The position numbers and the translations under genes are program-made. Shown here one piece after another: positions 45,257 through 54,302 of a stretch of 64,000 nt of DNA. A model generated the notes under the pieces. It was not told the DNA's origin. It made no database searches and saw nothing but the letters and a program-made list of their open reading frames with translations. Source of the DNA: a virus; IMG/VR virus record IMGVR_UViG_3300032224_001591, positions 64,001 to 128,000 of that record; one strand, given 5' to 3'. The stretch's first letter is position 1, and each line of letters starts with the position of its first letter.

Positions 45257-46204
45257 ATGAATGAAATAAGGAAACGAATATTTCCGTTGTTGATAGCACT
45301 CTCGGCTTTGTCCGTGAGTGCTTCTGCAGCGTTTTATAGCGTAACAGGTCTTACTAAACTATTTGCTGGAGCTGCTTTTGCAGTTGGTATAATGGCTGGT
45401 TCTTTAGAATTTGCTAAATTAATAATAGCATCTTTACTTTACCAATATTGGGATAATATAAATAAGGTTTTAAGAACATACCTAACCATTGCTGCAGGAG
45501 TTTTAATATTAATCACTTCAGCTGGTATCTATGGTTTCTTATCTTCAGCCTATCAAGATACAGCAAATAAAGAAGCAATTGTTGAACAACAAGTAGCTGC
45601 TTTAGAAACTAAAAAACAATTATTTGAGCAAAATCGTGATAACTATCTTACAGAGAAAAAATCACTAACTCAGAATACAGCTCAACTTCGTTCTGCTTTG
45701 ACAAGTGAAAAACTTAAAGGTAAAAAATCATTTGAAAGACAAATTACAAGTGCTTCTAAATCAGATGAAAAAGTAACTGCTAAACTAGACATAGTGAATG
45801 ATTCTATTTTTGCTTTAGAAAATAGAATATTAGAAATCAAAACAGCAAGCACTACTACTTCAGAACTAGGTCCTTTAAAATATATAAGCAATCTTACAGG
45901 ACAGCCTATGGATAAAATTATAAATTGGTTTTTACTAATCATAATTTTTGTTTTTGATCCGTTAGCTATAGCTTTAGTAATAGCTGCTAACTATGCTTTT
46001 GCACAAATTAAAAAAGACGATAAAGTTATTGGTGAAGAACCTGAAAAAGGTATTCCTTTAATGGTAGATCCTGAAACTAATGAATTATTTTATGATGATG
46101 GAAATGACGATTCTCAAATAGATTATGAAAATGCGCCGTCTTTTGAAGAAAGCGGATTAGAACCCAAAGAATATGCGCGAATTTACCGAAAACGCCCATA
46201 TTAA
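45257..46204 (+). CDS. Multi-TM membrane protein with periplasmic coiled coil
   Basis: Three N-terminal TM segments, TSAGIYGFLS, coiled coil, IIFVFDPLAI. Confidence 0.65.
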   Translation: MNEIRKRIFPLLIALSALSVSASAAFYSVTGLTKLFAGAAFAVGIMAGSLEFAKLIIASLLYQYWDNINKVLRTYLTIAAGVLILITSAGIYGFLSSAYQDTANKEAIVEQQVAALETKKQLFEQNRDNYLTEKKSLTQNTAQLRSALTSEKLKGKKSFERQITSASKSDEKVTAKLDIVNDSIFALENRILEIKTASTTTSELGPLKYISNLTGQPMDKIINWFLLIIIFVFDPLAIALVIAANYAFAQIKKDDKVIGEEPEKGIPLMVDPETNELFYDDGNDDSQIDYENAPSFEESGLEPKEYARIYRKRPY

Positions 46205-46267
46205 TATCATATATAACGCGTTAATTACTAACGCTCTATAAAAATTTTTAAGAAAAACGCAAAAAAA

Positions 46268-46297
46268 CGTGGCTACCGCAAGGTAGCTTCGTATATT
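46268..46297 (+). promoter_or_regulatory. Putative promoter CGTGG-N19-TATATT with GCAA hairpin in the spacer
   Basis: cgtggctaccgcaaggtagcttcgtatatt. Confidence 0.6.
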
Positions 46298-46323
46298 TAC
46301 GTATAATAAAAAATGAAAAAAAT

Positions 46324-46521
46324 ATGGAAAATCAAGTAAAATTATCAATGGTTATCAAATCGCACCTTTCAGATGCTGAATATGAAGTAGAAATATTTCC
46401 AGTATTAGCTGCAAAACGTATTAATTTTGTTAAAATGTTATTACACAAATACCCGGATACTGATGTAAGAATTAATGAAGATGAGTTAAACAAATTGTGG
46501 GAAACATTTGGAAAAGCGTAA
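46324..46521 (+). CDS. Hypothetical protein
   Basis: 65-aa ORF downstream of a promoter motif. Confidence 0.55.
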   Translation: MENQVKLSMVIKSHLSDAEYEVEIFPVLAAKRINFVKMLLHKYPDTDVRINEDELNKLWETFGKA

Positions 46522-46536
46522 AAAAAGTCGTATATT
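46507..46536 (+). promoter_or_regulatory. Putative promoter TTTGG-N19-TATATT
   Basis: tttggaaaagcgtaaaaaaagtcgtatatt. Confidence 0.7.
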
Positions 46537-46568
46537 TAGGTATAATAAAAAATAAAAATAAAGGTTTT

Positions 46569-47408
46569 ATGATTAACATCGAAATGAAAAAAAGAGGTCG
46601 TCCTTCAAAAGCTATGAACACAAACGAAACTAAACGTAGAGGACGTCCGTCCACAAAATTATTTGTTAGTACTTTTAATCCTGACGAAGTAAAGTTATTT
46701 CGTGGTAGTGATTTAAGATTTAGTGATTCATTGTTTCAACCAATGAAAACTAATCGTGAAATAGATACTATCTTATCTACAGATGGTGGTTTAATGCCAG
46801 GTACAAATATGGTACTAGTTGGTGGTCCAGGATCTGGTAAATCTACAGTAGCATTAGATATGTTAGCTGATTTTACAAATCAAGGATATAAATGTTTATT
46901 CGTTTCAGCTGAAATGGATGAAATCGCTCACTACAAATATTGTAAGCGTATGCCTAAATTTCAAAATGTACAAACGTTATTTTTGAAAAATTATGCTGAT
47001 AATATTAAAGATGCTATTGAATATGTTTTTGATCAAGGATATGATGTTATAGCAATCGACTCAATTGCTGAAGTTATTGAAATGTACAAAGATACTTATC
47101 GTACAACTGAATCTGCTGCTGAATTTTGGTTTTTAAATTTACAAGATAAACATAAAAAAGGCGGTAATGGTCCTGGTTTTTATACAACATTTATTAATAT
47201 TCAACAAGTTACTAAAGCTGGTGATTTTGCTGGTAGTAACAGATTAAAACACATGACTGACGCCATGTGCCATGTTGAACGTGATAAAGATGGTTTACAA
47301 CGTAGTTTACATTTTAGTAAAAATCGTGATTGCGATAAAGATTATAAAGTATACTTCAATATATTTCAAGATTTTGTTCATTATTCATACGAAACAGTTA
47401 GCGAATAG
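46569..47408 (+). CDS. RadA/Sms- or KaiC-like RecA-fold ATPase with N-terminal AT-hook-like motifs
   Basis: GGPGSGKST, FVSAEM, IAIDSI, QVTKAGDFAGSNRLKHMTDA, KNR; KRGRPS and RRGRPS. Start moved downstream of the promoter motif. Confidence 0.75.
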   Translation: MINIEMKKRGRPSKAMNTNETKRRGRPSTKLFVSTFNPDEVKLFRGSDLRFSDSLFQPMKTNREIDTILSTDGGLMPGTNMVLVGGPGSGKSTVALDMLADFTNQGYKCLFVSAEMDEIAHYKYCKRMPKFQNVQTLFLKNYADNIKDAIEYVFDQGYDVIAIDSIAEVIEMYKDTYRTTESAAEFWFLNLQDKHKKGGNGPGFYTTFINIQQVTKAGDFAGSNRLKHMTDAMCHVERDKDGLQRSLHFSKNRDCDKDYKVYFNIFQDFVHYSYETVSE

Positions 47409-47410
47409 TT

Positions 47411-47917
47411 ATGGCTTATTCTCACGTATTAGACGGCTTTAAAACGTCACCAAAGGAAATTGTTGATTATGAAATTAGCAAATTACAAAGGTTAAATTAC
47501 AATCGTTTCTTTTGGTGGCGTAATTTTGCCATTAAACAAAAACCACTACACAAATATTCTCCATTAATAGATAAAATAAAAAATGGTGATTATGATCCTT
47601 CACCATATCGTTGGATGGCTCAACACGCTGTTTTAGAAGCATATCCTAAAATTGATGTTGAAAAAGATGACCCTGTAAAACAATCAGAAATATTAGTATT
47701 AGATGTAGCTCGTTATCGCCGTTTAATGGCTGATTTTGAAAAAGATGAAGCAGAACGAATGAGTAATTTGTACAAAGAGTTTAAAATTAACTTCAAATTA
47801 GATGAAGAAACAGTGCAAAACGAAATGCTTAATTTTGATGGTACCTTAGAAGAATTTTATCACTATATCAGAAAAAAATATAGGGAAAATAATAGAGTTT
47901 TTGGAGATTTCAGTTAG
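47411..47917 (+). CDS. Hypothetical protein
   Basis: 168-aa ORF; YNRFFWWR, KIKNGDYD. Confidence 0.6.
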   Translation: MAYSHVLDGFKTSPKEIVDYEISKLQRLNYNRFFWWRNFAIKQKPLHKYSPLIDKIKNGDYDPSPYRWMAQHAVLEAYPKIDVEKDDPVKQSEILVLDVARYRRLMADFEKDEAERMSNLYKEFKINFKLDEETVQNEMLNFDGTLEEFYHYIRKKYRENNRVFGDFS

Positions 47918-47933
47918 ATTAATTATATTTATA
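47900..47933 (+). promoter_or_regulatory. Putative promoter TTTGG-N19-TATATT(TATA)
   Basis: tttggagatttcagttagattaattatatttata. Confidence 0.7.
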
Positions 47934-47948
47934 GATACAACATAGGTT

Positions 47949-48749
47949 ATGAATAAAAAAATAAAAGTTTTTCATGAAGTTCCTTTTGAACTATTAGAAT
48001 TAAGTAGAGAATTTACAGATGGAGACTATTGTCTTCCTCATTTAATGGATCAATATGAAATCTATCGTGATTATTTTTACGATTCAAAACAACAAGGACG
48101 TTATATCATTATGGATAACTCCTTACATGAGCTAGGTACAGCTTATGATACTGAACGTTTATTATATTGGATAAACGAACTTAAACCAAATGAATTTATA
48201 GTACCGGATGTTTGGGAAAATACAACTCAATCAATTGTTAATGCTAGAAAATGGTCTCAAATTAAATTACCGGACGAAGTAACTAAAGTAGCAGTTGTTC
48301 AAGCAACAAGTATTGGAGATGCTATTACTTGTTATCAAACATACAAGGATTTAGGTTATAAGAAAATAGCATTTTCATATGGTGCTTCTCATTATAATAA
48401 TATAAGCGATCATCCCCATAAAGACTTAGGTAAAGCATTAGGCCGAATTAAATTGATAAGTCAAATGTATAGAACCAAAGTAATATCAGCAACTGATAGA
48501 GTGCATCTTTTAGGATGTGCTGTGCCTCAAGAATTTGGTTGGTATGTTGATATGCCTTTTATTGAAAGTATTGATACATCAAATCCGATTATGGCAGCTT
48601 TAGAAGGTACAGCTTATGGTTTTAATGGATTAAATGAAAAACCAAAATTAAATATGAATCAAGCTCAAACTTGCCCTTATGATGAAATTAATATTGATTT
48701 AGTACGTCATAATGTAGAGTTATTTCGATCAATAAACAATTTAAACTAA
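47949..48749 (+). CDS. TGT-fold protein, DpdA-like DNA 7-deazaguanine transglycosylase candidate
   Basis: IMDNS, IVPDV, VAVVQ, VHLLGC, SIDTSNP; sits at the head of the queC/D/E cluster. Confidence 0.6.
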   Translation: MNKKIKVFHEVPFELLELSREFTDGDYCLPHLMDQYEIYRDYFYDSKQQGRYIIMDNSLHELGTAYDTERLLYWINELKPNEFIVPDVWENTTQSIVNARKWSQIKLPDEVTKVAVVQATSIGDAITCYQTYKDLGYKKIAFSYGASHYNNISDHPHKDLGKALGRIKLISQMYRTKVISATDRVHLLGCAVPQEFGWYVDMPFIESIDTSNPIMAALEGTAYGFNGLNEKPKLNMNQAQTCPYDEINIDLVRHNVELFRSINNLN

Positions 48750-48755
48750 TATATC

Positions 48756-49004
48756 ATGTCAAATCAAACAGAATTAATTTCACTTTACGATTATTTAGGT
48801 AAAGCAGCAGGTAAAGAATTAGGAGGTAAAGTATATCAATTTGCCGTAATTATGGGAGCTAGAACAGGTACTAAAACTGTATCTCATTCTCCATCCCCTC
48901 AGGGCCGTATTATGACATATGAAAAACACTTTTTAGATCAATTTTTTTACGTACAATCATTATTTACAAATACAACTATTAAACAATTAGAATTACCATT
49001 TTAA
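48756..49004 (+). CDS. Hypothetical protein
   Basis: SLYDYLGKAAGKELG; 82 aa. Confidence 0.6.
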   Translation: MSNQTELISLYDYLGKAAGKELGGKVYQFAVIMGARTGTKTVSHSPSPQGRIMTYEKHFLDQFFYVQSLFTNTTIKQLELPF

Positions 49005-49005
49005 T

Positions 49006-49905
49006 ATGAAAAATAAAAAATACGCAGTACTAAGTCTATCAGGTGGGATGGATAGCAGTACATTATTGCTCCATTTATTGGCAACAGGACATCAGGTGTG
49101 TGCTCTCTCATTTGATTATGGACAAAAACATAAAATAGAACTAGAACGAGCAGCATCATTAGTAGAATATATCAATTCAGATCCATCACAAGGATGGTTA
49201 TCTAAAGATTATCCTAAAGTAAGACATCAAATTATCAAATTAGATGGTTTATCTCAGTTATTAAATTCATCATTAGTTGAAGGCGGAAGTGATGTTCCTG
49301 AAGGACACTATGCTGAAGAAAATATGAAAGCAACTGTAGTACCTAATCGTAATAAAATATTTGCATCTATTATTCAAGCAGTAGCATTATCAATTACTGA
49401 ACAAAATAATGCTGAATGTACTATTGCGATGGGGATTCATGCTGGAGACCACCAAATTTATATGGACTGTAGACAAGAATTTAGAGATGCTGATTTTGAA
49501 GCATTCAAACTAGGTAATTGGGGTTCTGAAAAAGTAACAATATCAACTCCATTTTTAGAAGTAGATAAATTTGATATTTTAAAACATGGTTTAGAATGTT
49601 GTACTGAATTAGGTTTAGATTTTGATGAAGTATATAAACGTACTAACACATCTTATAAACCAATTTATATCCCACACATAGCTGTATTAAATACAACAAC
49701 TGGGAAATATGACGATGTTTTAGATAAAGGTAATTGGTACTCAGATTATAAATCAGCAGCATCAGTAGAACGTATTGAAGCATTTATTAAACTAGGTCGT
49801 CCTGATTCAGTAGCATATGCGGATGAAACTGGTCCTGTAAGTTGGGAAGTAGCTAGGGCACATGCAGAACAAGTTCTTGCAAATCATTTGGAAAACCAAA
49901 AATAA
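49006..49905 (+). CDS. queC: 7-cyano-7-deazaguanine synthase
   Basis: SLSGGMDSST, FDYGQKH, TVVPNRN, GIHAGDH.IY.DCR.EF. Confidence 0.9.
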   Translation: MKNKKYAVLSLSGGMDSSTLLLHLLATGHQVCALSFDYGQKHKIELERAASLVEYINSDPSQGWLSKDYPKVRHQIIKLDGLSQLLNSSLVEGGSDVPEGHYAEENMKATVVPNRNKIFASIIQAVALSITEQNNAECTIAMGIHAGDHQIYMDCRQEFRDADFEAFKLGNWGSEKVTISTPFLEVDKFDILKHGLECCTELGLDFDEVYKRTNTSYKPIYIPHIAVLNTTTGKYDDVLDKGNWYSDYKSAASVERIEAFIKLGRPDSVAYADETGPVSWEVARAHAEQVLANHLENQK

Positions 49906-49916
49906 GGTTGTATATT
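49887..49916 (+). promoter_or_regulatory. Putative promoter TTTGG-N19-TATATT
   Basis: tttggaaaaccaaaaataaggttgtatatt. Confidence 0.7.
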
Positions 49917-49922
49917 ACGGAC

Positions 49923-50129
49923 ATGAAAAGAAAAAAAGATGAAGTACCACAACCATTTTATGTCGTTATGAATCAAGATGGACAAGTATATGTTGGGTTA
50001 AAAGGCGGTAAACCTAAATATTCAGATAAATGGAGTGAGTATAAACCACTACATGAATGTAACACAACATTACTTCGTTTTTTAGATTCTAAAATTGAAT
50101 TAATTAAAGAAGAAGAATTTATAAATTAA
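49923..50129 (+). CDS. Hypothetical protein
   Basis: ATG at 49923 preferred because the TTG at 49908 lies inside the promoter motif. Confidence 0.55.
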   Translation: MKRKKDEVPQPFYVVMNQDGQVYVGLKGGKPKYSDKWSEYKPLHECNTTLLRFLDSKIELIKEEEFIN

Positions 50130-50134
50130 AAAAC

Positions 50135-50380
50135 ATGAAACAATTATTTTATTTTAGTGCTGGTTGGTGCCAGCCATGTAAAGCCTTAGGTCCTACAATG
50201 GATCAAGTTGCTAAAACAATTCCCGTTAGAAAATTTAACGTTGATTATGAACCCGAAGTAAGTATACGTTTTGGTATTACTAGTATTCCTACGGTTATAC
50301 TTGTGGAAAACGAACAAGAAGTTCGTAGATTTAGTGGAGTAAAAACTTATAACGAAATTATTAATTGGGTAAATCAGTAA
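50135..50380 (+). CDS. Thioredoxin
   Basis: FSAGWCQPCK, FGITSIPTV. Confidence 0.9.
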   Translation: MKQLFYFSAGWCQPCKALGPTMDQVAKTIPVRKFNVDYEPEVSIRFGITSIPTVILVENEQEVRRFSGVKTYNEIINWVNQ

Positions 50381-50382
50381 AA

Positions 50383-50862
50383 ATGGCTAGATACATTTCA
50401 ACAAAAACATTTGACAACTATTCAGTTGCAATTAGACAATGGAGAGCACAACATTCACACTGTCAACTATTACACGGTTACGGAATGTATTTTAAAGTAT
50501 GGTTTGCAAGTAATGAACCCGATATCGAAAATCAATTAGACGATATGAATTGGATAGTTGACTTTGGTGGTTTTAAAGAAGCACCTAGAGGTAATGGACT
50601 TAAAGCTTGGATGGATCATATGTTTGATCATACTCTACTTATTGAAAAAGATGATCCATATTTAGATTTTTTTAGAGCAGCAGAAATGGAAGGATTATGT
50701 CATTTAAGAGTTATGGACAAGATGGGATGTGAAAACTTAGCCAAACTTGTTTATGATAAATTCAATGATGTGTTATCTAAAAATGATGCTGGTCGTTGTA
50801 AAGTAATTAAAGTAGAATGTTTCGAACACGAAAAAAATTCTGCAATATTTCAAGAAGACTAA
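50383..50862 (+). CDS. queD: 6-carboxy-5,6,7,8-tetrahydropterin synthase
   Basis: SHCQLLHGY, WIVDFG, FDHT, CENLA, VECFEHEKNSA. Confidence 0.85.
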   Translation: MARYISTKTFDNYSVAIRQWRAQHSHCQLLHGYGMYFKVWFASNEPDIENQLDDMNWIVDFGGFKEAPRGNGLKAWMDHMFDHTLLIEKDDPYLDFFRAAEMEGLCHLRVMDKMGCENLAKLVYDKFNDVLSKNDAGRCKVIKVECFEHEKNSAIFQED

Positions 50863-50872
50863 ACTAACAATT

Positions 50873-51049
50873 ATGGAAATCAAAGAAATTATCATATGCG
50901 AGCGTTGTAAAGGAAATGGTACCGAATACAAACCCATTCTAGCACAACCCGTTAAATATGTTACATGTGAAGCCTGTAACGGTTCAGGTAGATTAGTTAA
51001 AGAAACAACCGTTAAATATTATCCATTTAAAAACAATAACGATGAGTAA
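50873..51049 (+). CDS. Small DnaJ-type zinc-finger protein (58 aa); not in the ORF track
   Basis: CERCKGNG and CEACNGSG (two CxxCxGxG motifs). Confidence 0.75.
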   Translation: MEIKEIIICERCKGNGTEYKPILAQPVKYVTCEACNGSGRLVKETTVKYYPFKNNNDE

Positions 51050-51872
51050 AATAGACCCACACAAACTACTTATTAGTAGTGACTTCTACTCAGTACAAGG
51101 AGAAGGTATTAGTACAGGTGTTCCATCTTACTTTATTAGACTAGGTTTATGTAATTTAACCTGTGGTATGTCTAACCGTTTTTTAAAAGCGCTAATTAAT
51201 GAGAAAGAATTAGCTGACGGTGAGATATTCAAAGGTGACTTAGAACTAGAAGGTAAAGCAACTTGGACTTGTGATAGTACATCTCAATGGGCTTGGAGAG
51301 GTGAAGATAAAGATTTTCAATATCTAATTGATAGATGGAAAGAACAAGACATTTATGATGATATTAAAAACGGAACAATTCATTTAATTTGGACTGGTGG
51401 TGAACCTACAATTAAAGGACATCAAGAGGCAATTACTAATTTCTTAACTTACTGGTACGAACAGGATGCTTCAATTGAACCATATAATGAAATTGAAACA
51501 AACGGTACTGTAGAAATTGGAGATAATTTATTCGAACAACTACACCAAATCAATAGCTCACCTAAGTTATCAAACTCAGGTATGACTGAGAAACAACGTA
51601 TTAAACCAGAAGCGATTAAACGCATTATGGAACATTCTAATTACCAATTTAAATTTGTTATATCTAATGAAGAAGACGTACAAGAAATATTCCGTGACTT
51701 TATCGTACCATTTAGCATACCTCTTGCCAATGTGGTTTGTATGCCAGGACTAGATAGCCAAACTGATTTTCATGAGCGTACTCAATTTGTATTAGAGATG
51801 AGTAAAAAATATCGCTTCAGAGGCCTTACACGCCTGCATATATCAGCCTGGGATAAAACGTTGAATGTTTAG
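51042..51872 (+). CDS. queE: 7-carboxy-7-deazaguanine synthase (radical SAM)
   Basis: FYSVQGEG, FIRLGLCNLTC...CDS, TGGEP, IETNGT, SPKL, KFVI, RLH. Confidence 0.88.
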   Translation: MSKIDPHKLLISSDFYSVQGEGISTGVPSYFIRLGLCNLTCGMSNRFLKALINEKELADGEIFKGDLELEGKATWTCDSTSQWAWRGEDKDFQYLIDRWKEQDIYDDIKNGTIHLIWTGGEPTIKGHQEAITNFLTYWYEQDASIEPYNEIETNGTVEIGDNLFEQLHQINSSPKLSNSGMTEKQRIKPEAIKRIMEHSNYQFKFVISNEEDVQEIFRDFIVPFSIPLANVVCMPGLDSQTDFHERTQFVLEMSKKYRFRGLTRLHISAWDKTLNV

Positions 51873-51910
51873 TAGAAAACGAAATAAATAAAACATTAAA
51901 CAAATAATAT

Positions 51911-52477
51911 ATGAAATCAGTATTAGCAGAAAAATTAATGAGCATATGCTCACCAGACAAAGATCTATCAAATGATCACAACCCGGATAATACATTCGGC
52001 ATTGACAATTTAACAGACAAGCAACGCACTCAGATAGAAGAGGAGTTGATCAAACATTTTGGATTTGAAAGGATAATATGGATGGATCTACCATCAGGCC
52101 TAACAGAAGATGGTAATCCTATAGTAGCCAAAACAATTAAAATAAACGATACGGACAATCCAGACTATGCAGGTAAAGTAGGATACCTATATAAAGTATT
52201 ATTTACTCCGCTAGTATACGATCCAAATAGCCTCCACCAGCCAATAAAAGACGGATGCGTAATAACACCTTTGATTTACAATCCAATATCATTTCTACCA
52301 AAAAGAAGTATTACGATTGAATGGTCGCCTGAGTTTCCTCAAGATATAGATAATCCTATAACTTGGGAAGATCAAAAGAAAATGCTACACGATAAATTAG
52401 AAACTATATTAGAAAATCCAGACTTATTCTTACCAGAAGGATATAGAGGATGTTTAGTAAGATTTGCAGCAGTATAA
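51911..52477 (+). CDS. Hypothetical protein with duplicated TPL(V/I)Y(D/N)P motif
   Basis: 188-aa ORF. Confidence 0.6.
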   Translation: MKSVLAEKLMSICSPDKDLSNDHNPDNTFGIDNLTDKQRTQIEEELIKHFGFERIIWMDLPSGLTEDGNPIVAKTIKINDTDNPDYAGKVGYLYKVLFTPLVYDPNSLHQPIKDGCVITPLIYNPISFLPKRSITIEWSPEFPQDIDNPITWEDQKKMLHDKLETILENPDLFLPEGYRGCLVRFAAV

Positions 52478-52495
52478 AACATTAAATGTATAATT

Positions 52496-52675
52496 ATGGA
52501 TAATTCTATTGAGCAGCACTTAAAAGATATCTTAGTAGAAAAAGGAATTGAACTATCACTAATAAGCGATTATATAGAAGATATATTCGCTTTTAGTGGG
52601 TTCGAATCTTACGAAGGGATATCAGATAAAGAAGTATACGAAGACTTTAAACAATGGCAACTACATGCAGGATAA
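52496..52675 (+). CDS. Small acidic hypothetical protein (59 aa); not in the ORF track
   Basis: MDNSIEQHLKDILVEKG...FKQWQLHAG*; fills the gap between neighbours. Confidence 0.55.
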   Translation: MDNSIEQHLKDILVEKGIELSLISDYIEDIFAFSGFESYEGISDKEVYEDFKQWQLHAG

Positions 52676-53327
52676 CAAATATAGTATTATCATAGAATAT
52701 CAAAATGGACTTAGAATTACATGTTACGATTTACATGATGATACAACTGAATTTTGGGTTAAAATTTATATTAAACAACAAAAACAAAACCGAAAATTAG
52801 TTTGGGAATATAACAATGTTGGTGGTCAAATTGTTGATGAAGTTATAATTAATAATGAGATTTTTAAAATACCATTTGCTGAAAGTGCAATTAAACATGC
52901 TTATTTTGTAGATTATTTCTATAAAGGATTAGTCCCTTATCATATCGAAATTTATAAACGTTATACAGATGAACTTATACATTCCGAATCATTTGATTGT
53001 CGTCATAAATTAGTTAATTTTACTTTACACAGTGATGATCCTAAAGAATTACATACTTGGGCTTGTGCTATTAAAAAGTTTAAGGAAGAAAATAATTGTG
53101 AAATATCAGTTATAAATGATGTATTATGGGAAACTAAAGAATATGACTTTGTAGATGCTTATTATCGTGTTGAAGATAATTTTTCACAATATTATGCTGG
53201 ATTTACTGTTGGAGAATTTGGTGATGAAAATGCTCCGGATTTATTTCGTAATCCTGATGGTATAAAAAATAAAACATCATTAGATATTATTGAAGACATT
53301 TTATATCATTATACTAAGAATCTATGA
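52665..53327 (+). CDS. Degenerate homologue of the N-terminal half of the Aah/TibC-like glycosyltransferase
   Basis: KLVNFTLHSDDPKELHTWACAIKKFKEENNCEI aligns by eye with RKVYIHLDSSAIGDTLAWFPYLEEFKKKHDCQL of ORF 9190. The ATG at 52665 is preferred. Confidence 0.5.
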   Translation: MQDNKYSIIIEYQNGLRITCYDLHDDTTEFWVKIYIKQQKQNRKLVWEYNNVGGQIVDEVIINNEIFKIPFAESAIKHAYFVDYFYKGLVPYHIEIYKRYTDELIHSESFDCRHKLVNFTLHSDDPKELHTWACAIKKFKEENNCEISVINDVLWETKEYDFVDAYYRVEDNFSQYYAGFTVGEFGDENAPDLFRNPDGIKNKTSLDIIEDILYHYTKNL

Positions 53328-53998
53328 GAAACGTTTTAATAATAATGAATGCTCGAAACATGGCTCCTTTTAAAGAGTGTGTTGATAAACTAAATATAGA
53401 TAAAGTTTGGTTTAAGGGCTATACTGAGTTTGAACTAAATACCCACATTAATAAATTCATCCAGGAAACAGATTATGACAATTATTTTTTAGCACCTGAT
53501 GATTTATTAATTAAAAAACATCATTTTGAATTATTAGAACGAAAGCTTCAACATCATGATATTGTTACGGGATGGGGTGTTTGGAGACAAAACTATACAT
53601 GGACTACTATCTATAAACAAAATAGATTATACACTTATGGTCAAGGACCGGCATTACCATTATTTAAAAAACATTATAATCTAGTCAAAACATATGAGGT
53701 AGACTCATTACCAGACGAAATAGAAACCGCTTTTACCGGCTGGTTTTTTACAGGAGCTAAACGACAAGTATGGTTAGAATATCCTTACCAAACATTAGCT
53801 ATACATGATTATCAACCCGGAGCTTCTACGGATTTACATTGGTCTAAAAGAATATTATCCGATAAAAAATATAAGCAAATATGTATTAAAGACGCTAAAG
53901 TAATACACATATCATATATTGGTAAAGATTACTTAGATTTAAAATTTGATACTAAAGAAATTAAATATGAACAAGCAACTATTAAAAGAGTCAATTAA
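53324..53998 (+). CDS. GT-A (GT2-like) glycosyltransferase
   Basis: YDNYFLAPDDLL (DxD-like), DIVTG, FTGWFFT, TDLHWS, VIH. Confidence 0.55.
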   Translation: MRNVLIIMNARNMAPFKECVDKLNIDKVWFKGYTEFELNTHINKFIQETDYDNYFLAPDDLLIKKHHFELLERKLQHHDIVTGWGVWRQNYTWTTIYKQNRLYTYGQGPALPLFKKHYNLVKTYEVDSLPDEIETAFTGWFFTGAKRQVWLEYPYQTLAIHDYQPGASTDLHWSKRILSDKKYKQICIKDAKVIHISYIGKDYLDLKFDTKEIKYEQATIKRVN

Positions 53999-54251
53999 TC
54001 GCAAAGAAAAATCAATTTTATTCTTTAACGCTACATGGTGTGGCGCTTGTAGGGATAGTTATGAAATAGTAGACCAAATCAAAGAATCAAAACCCGATTA
54101 TAAATTTCATGACATTGATGTTGATGATAAAGATTCGAATGAAATTGGTGAATTATTCGAAGTTGACTTTTTACCTACCATAGTTATAATATCTGAAACA
54201 GGATATAAAACATACAGTGGTAAAAGCCAAATAAAGAAATTATTAAAATAA
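53967..54251 (+). CDS. Thioredoxin-like protein
   Basis: FNATWCGAC, IDVD, LPTIV. Confidence 0.8.
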   Translation: MNKQLLKESINRKEKSILFFNATWCGACRDSYEIVDQIKESKPDYKFHDIDVDDKDSNEIGELFEVDFLPTIVIISETGYKTYSGKSQIKKLLK

Positions 54252-54281
54252 TTTGGTTTCTTAAAAATTAGTTATTATATT
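54252..54281 (+). promoter_or_regulatory. Putative promoter TTTGG-N19-TATATT
   Basis: tttggtttcttaaaaattagttattatatt upstream of folE. Confidence 0.7.
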
Positions 54282-54302
54282 ATAGAAATAAAATTTATAC
54301 AA

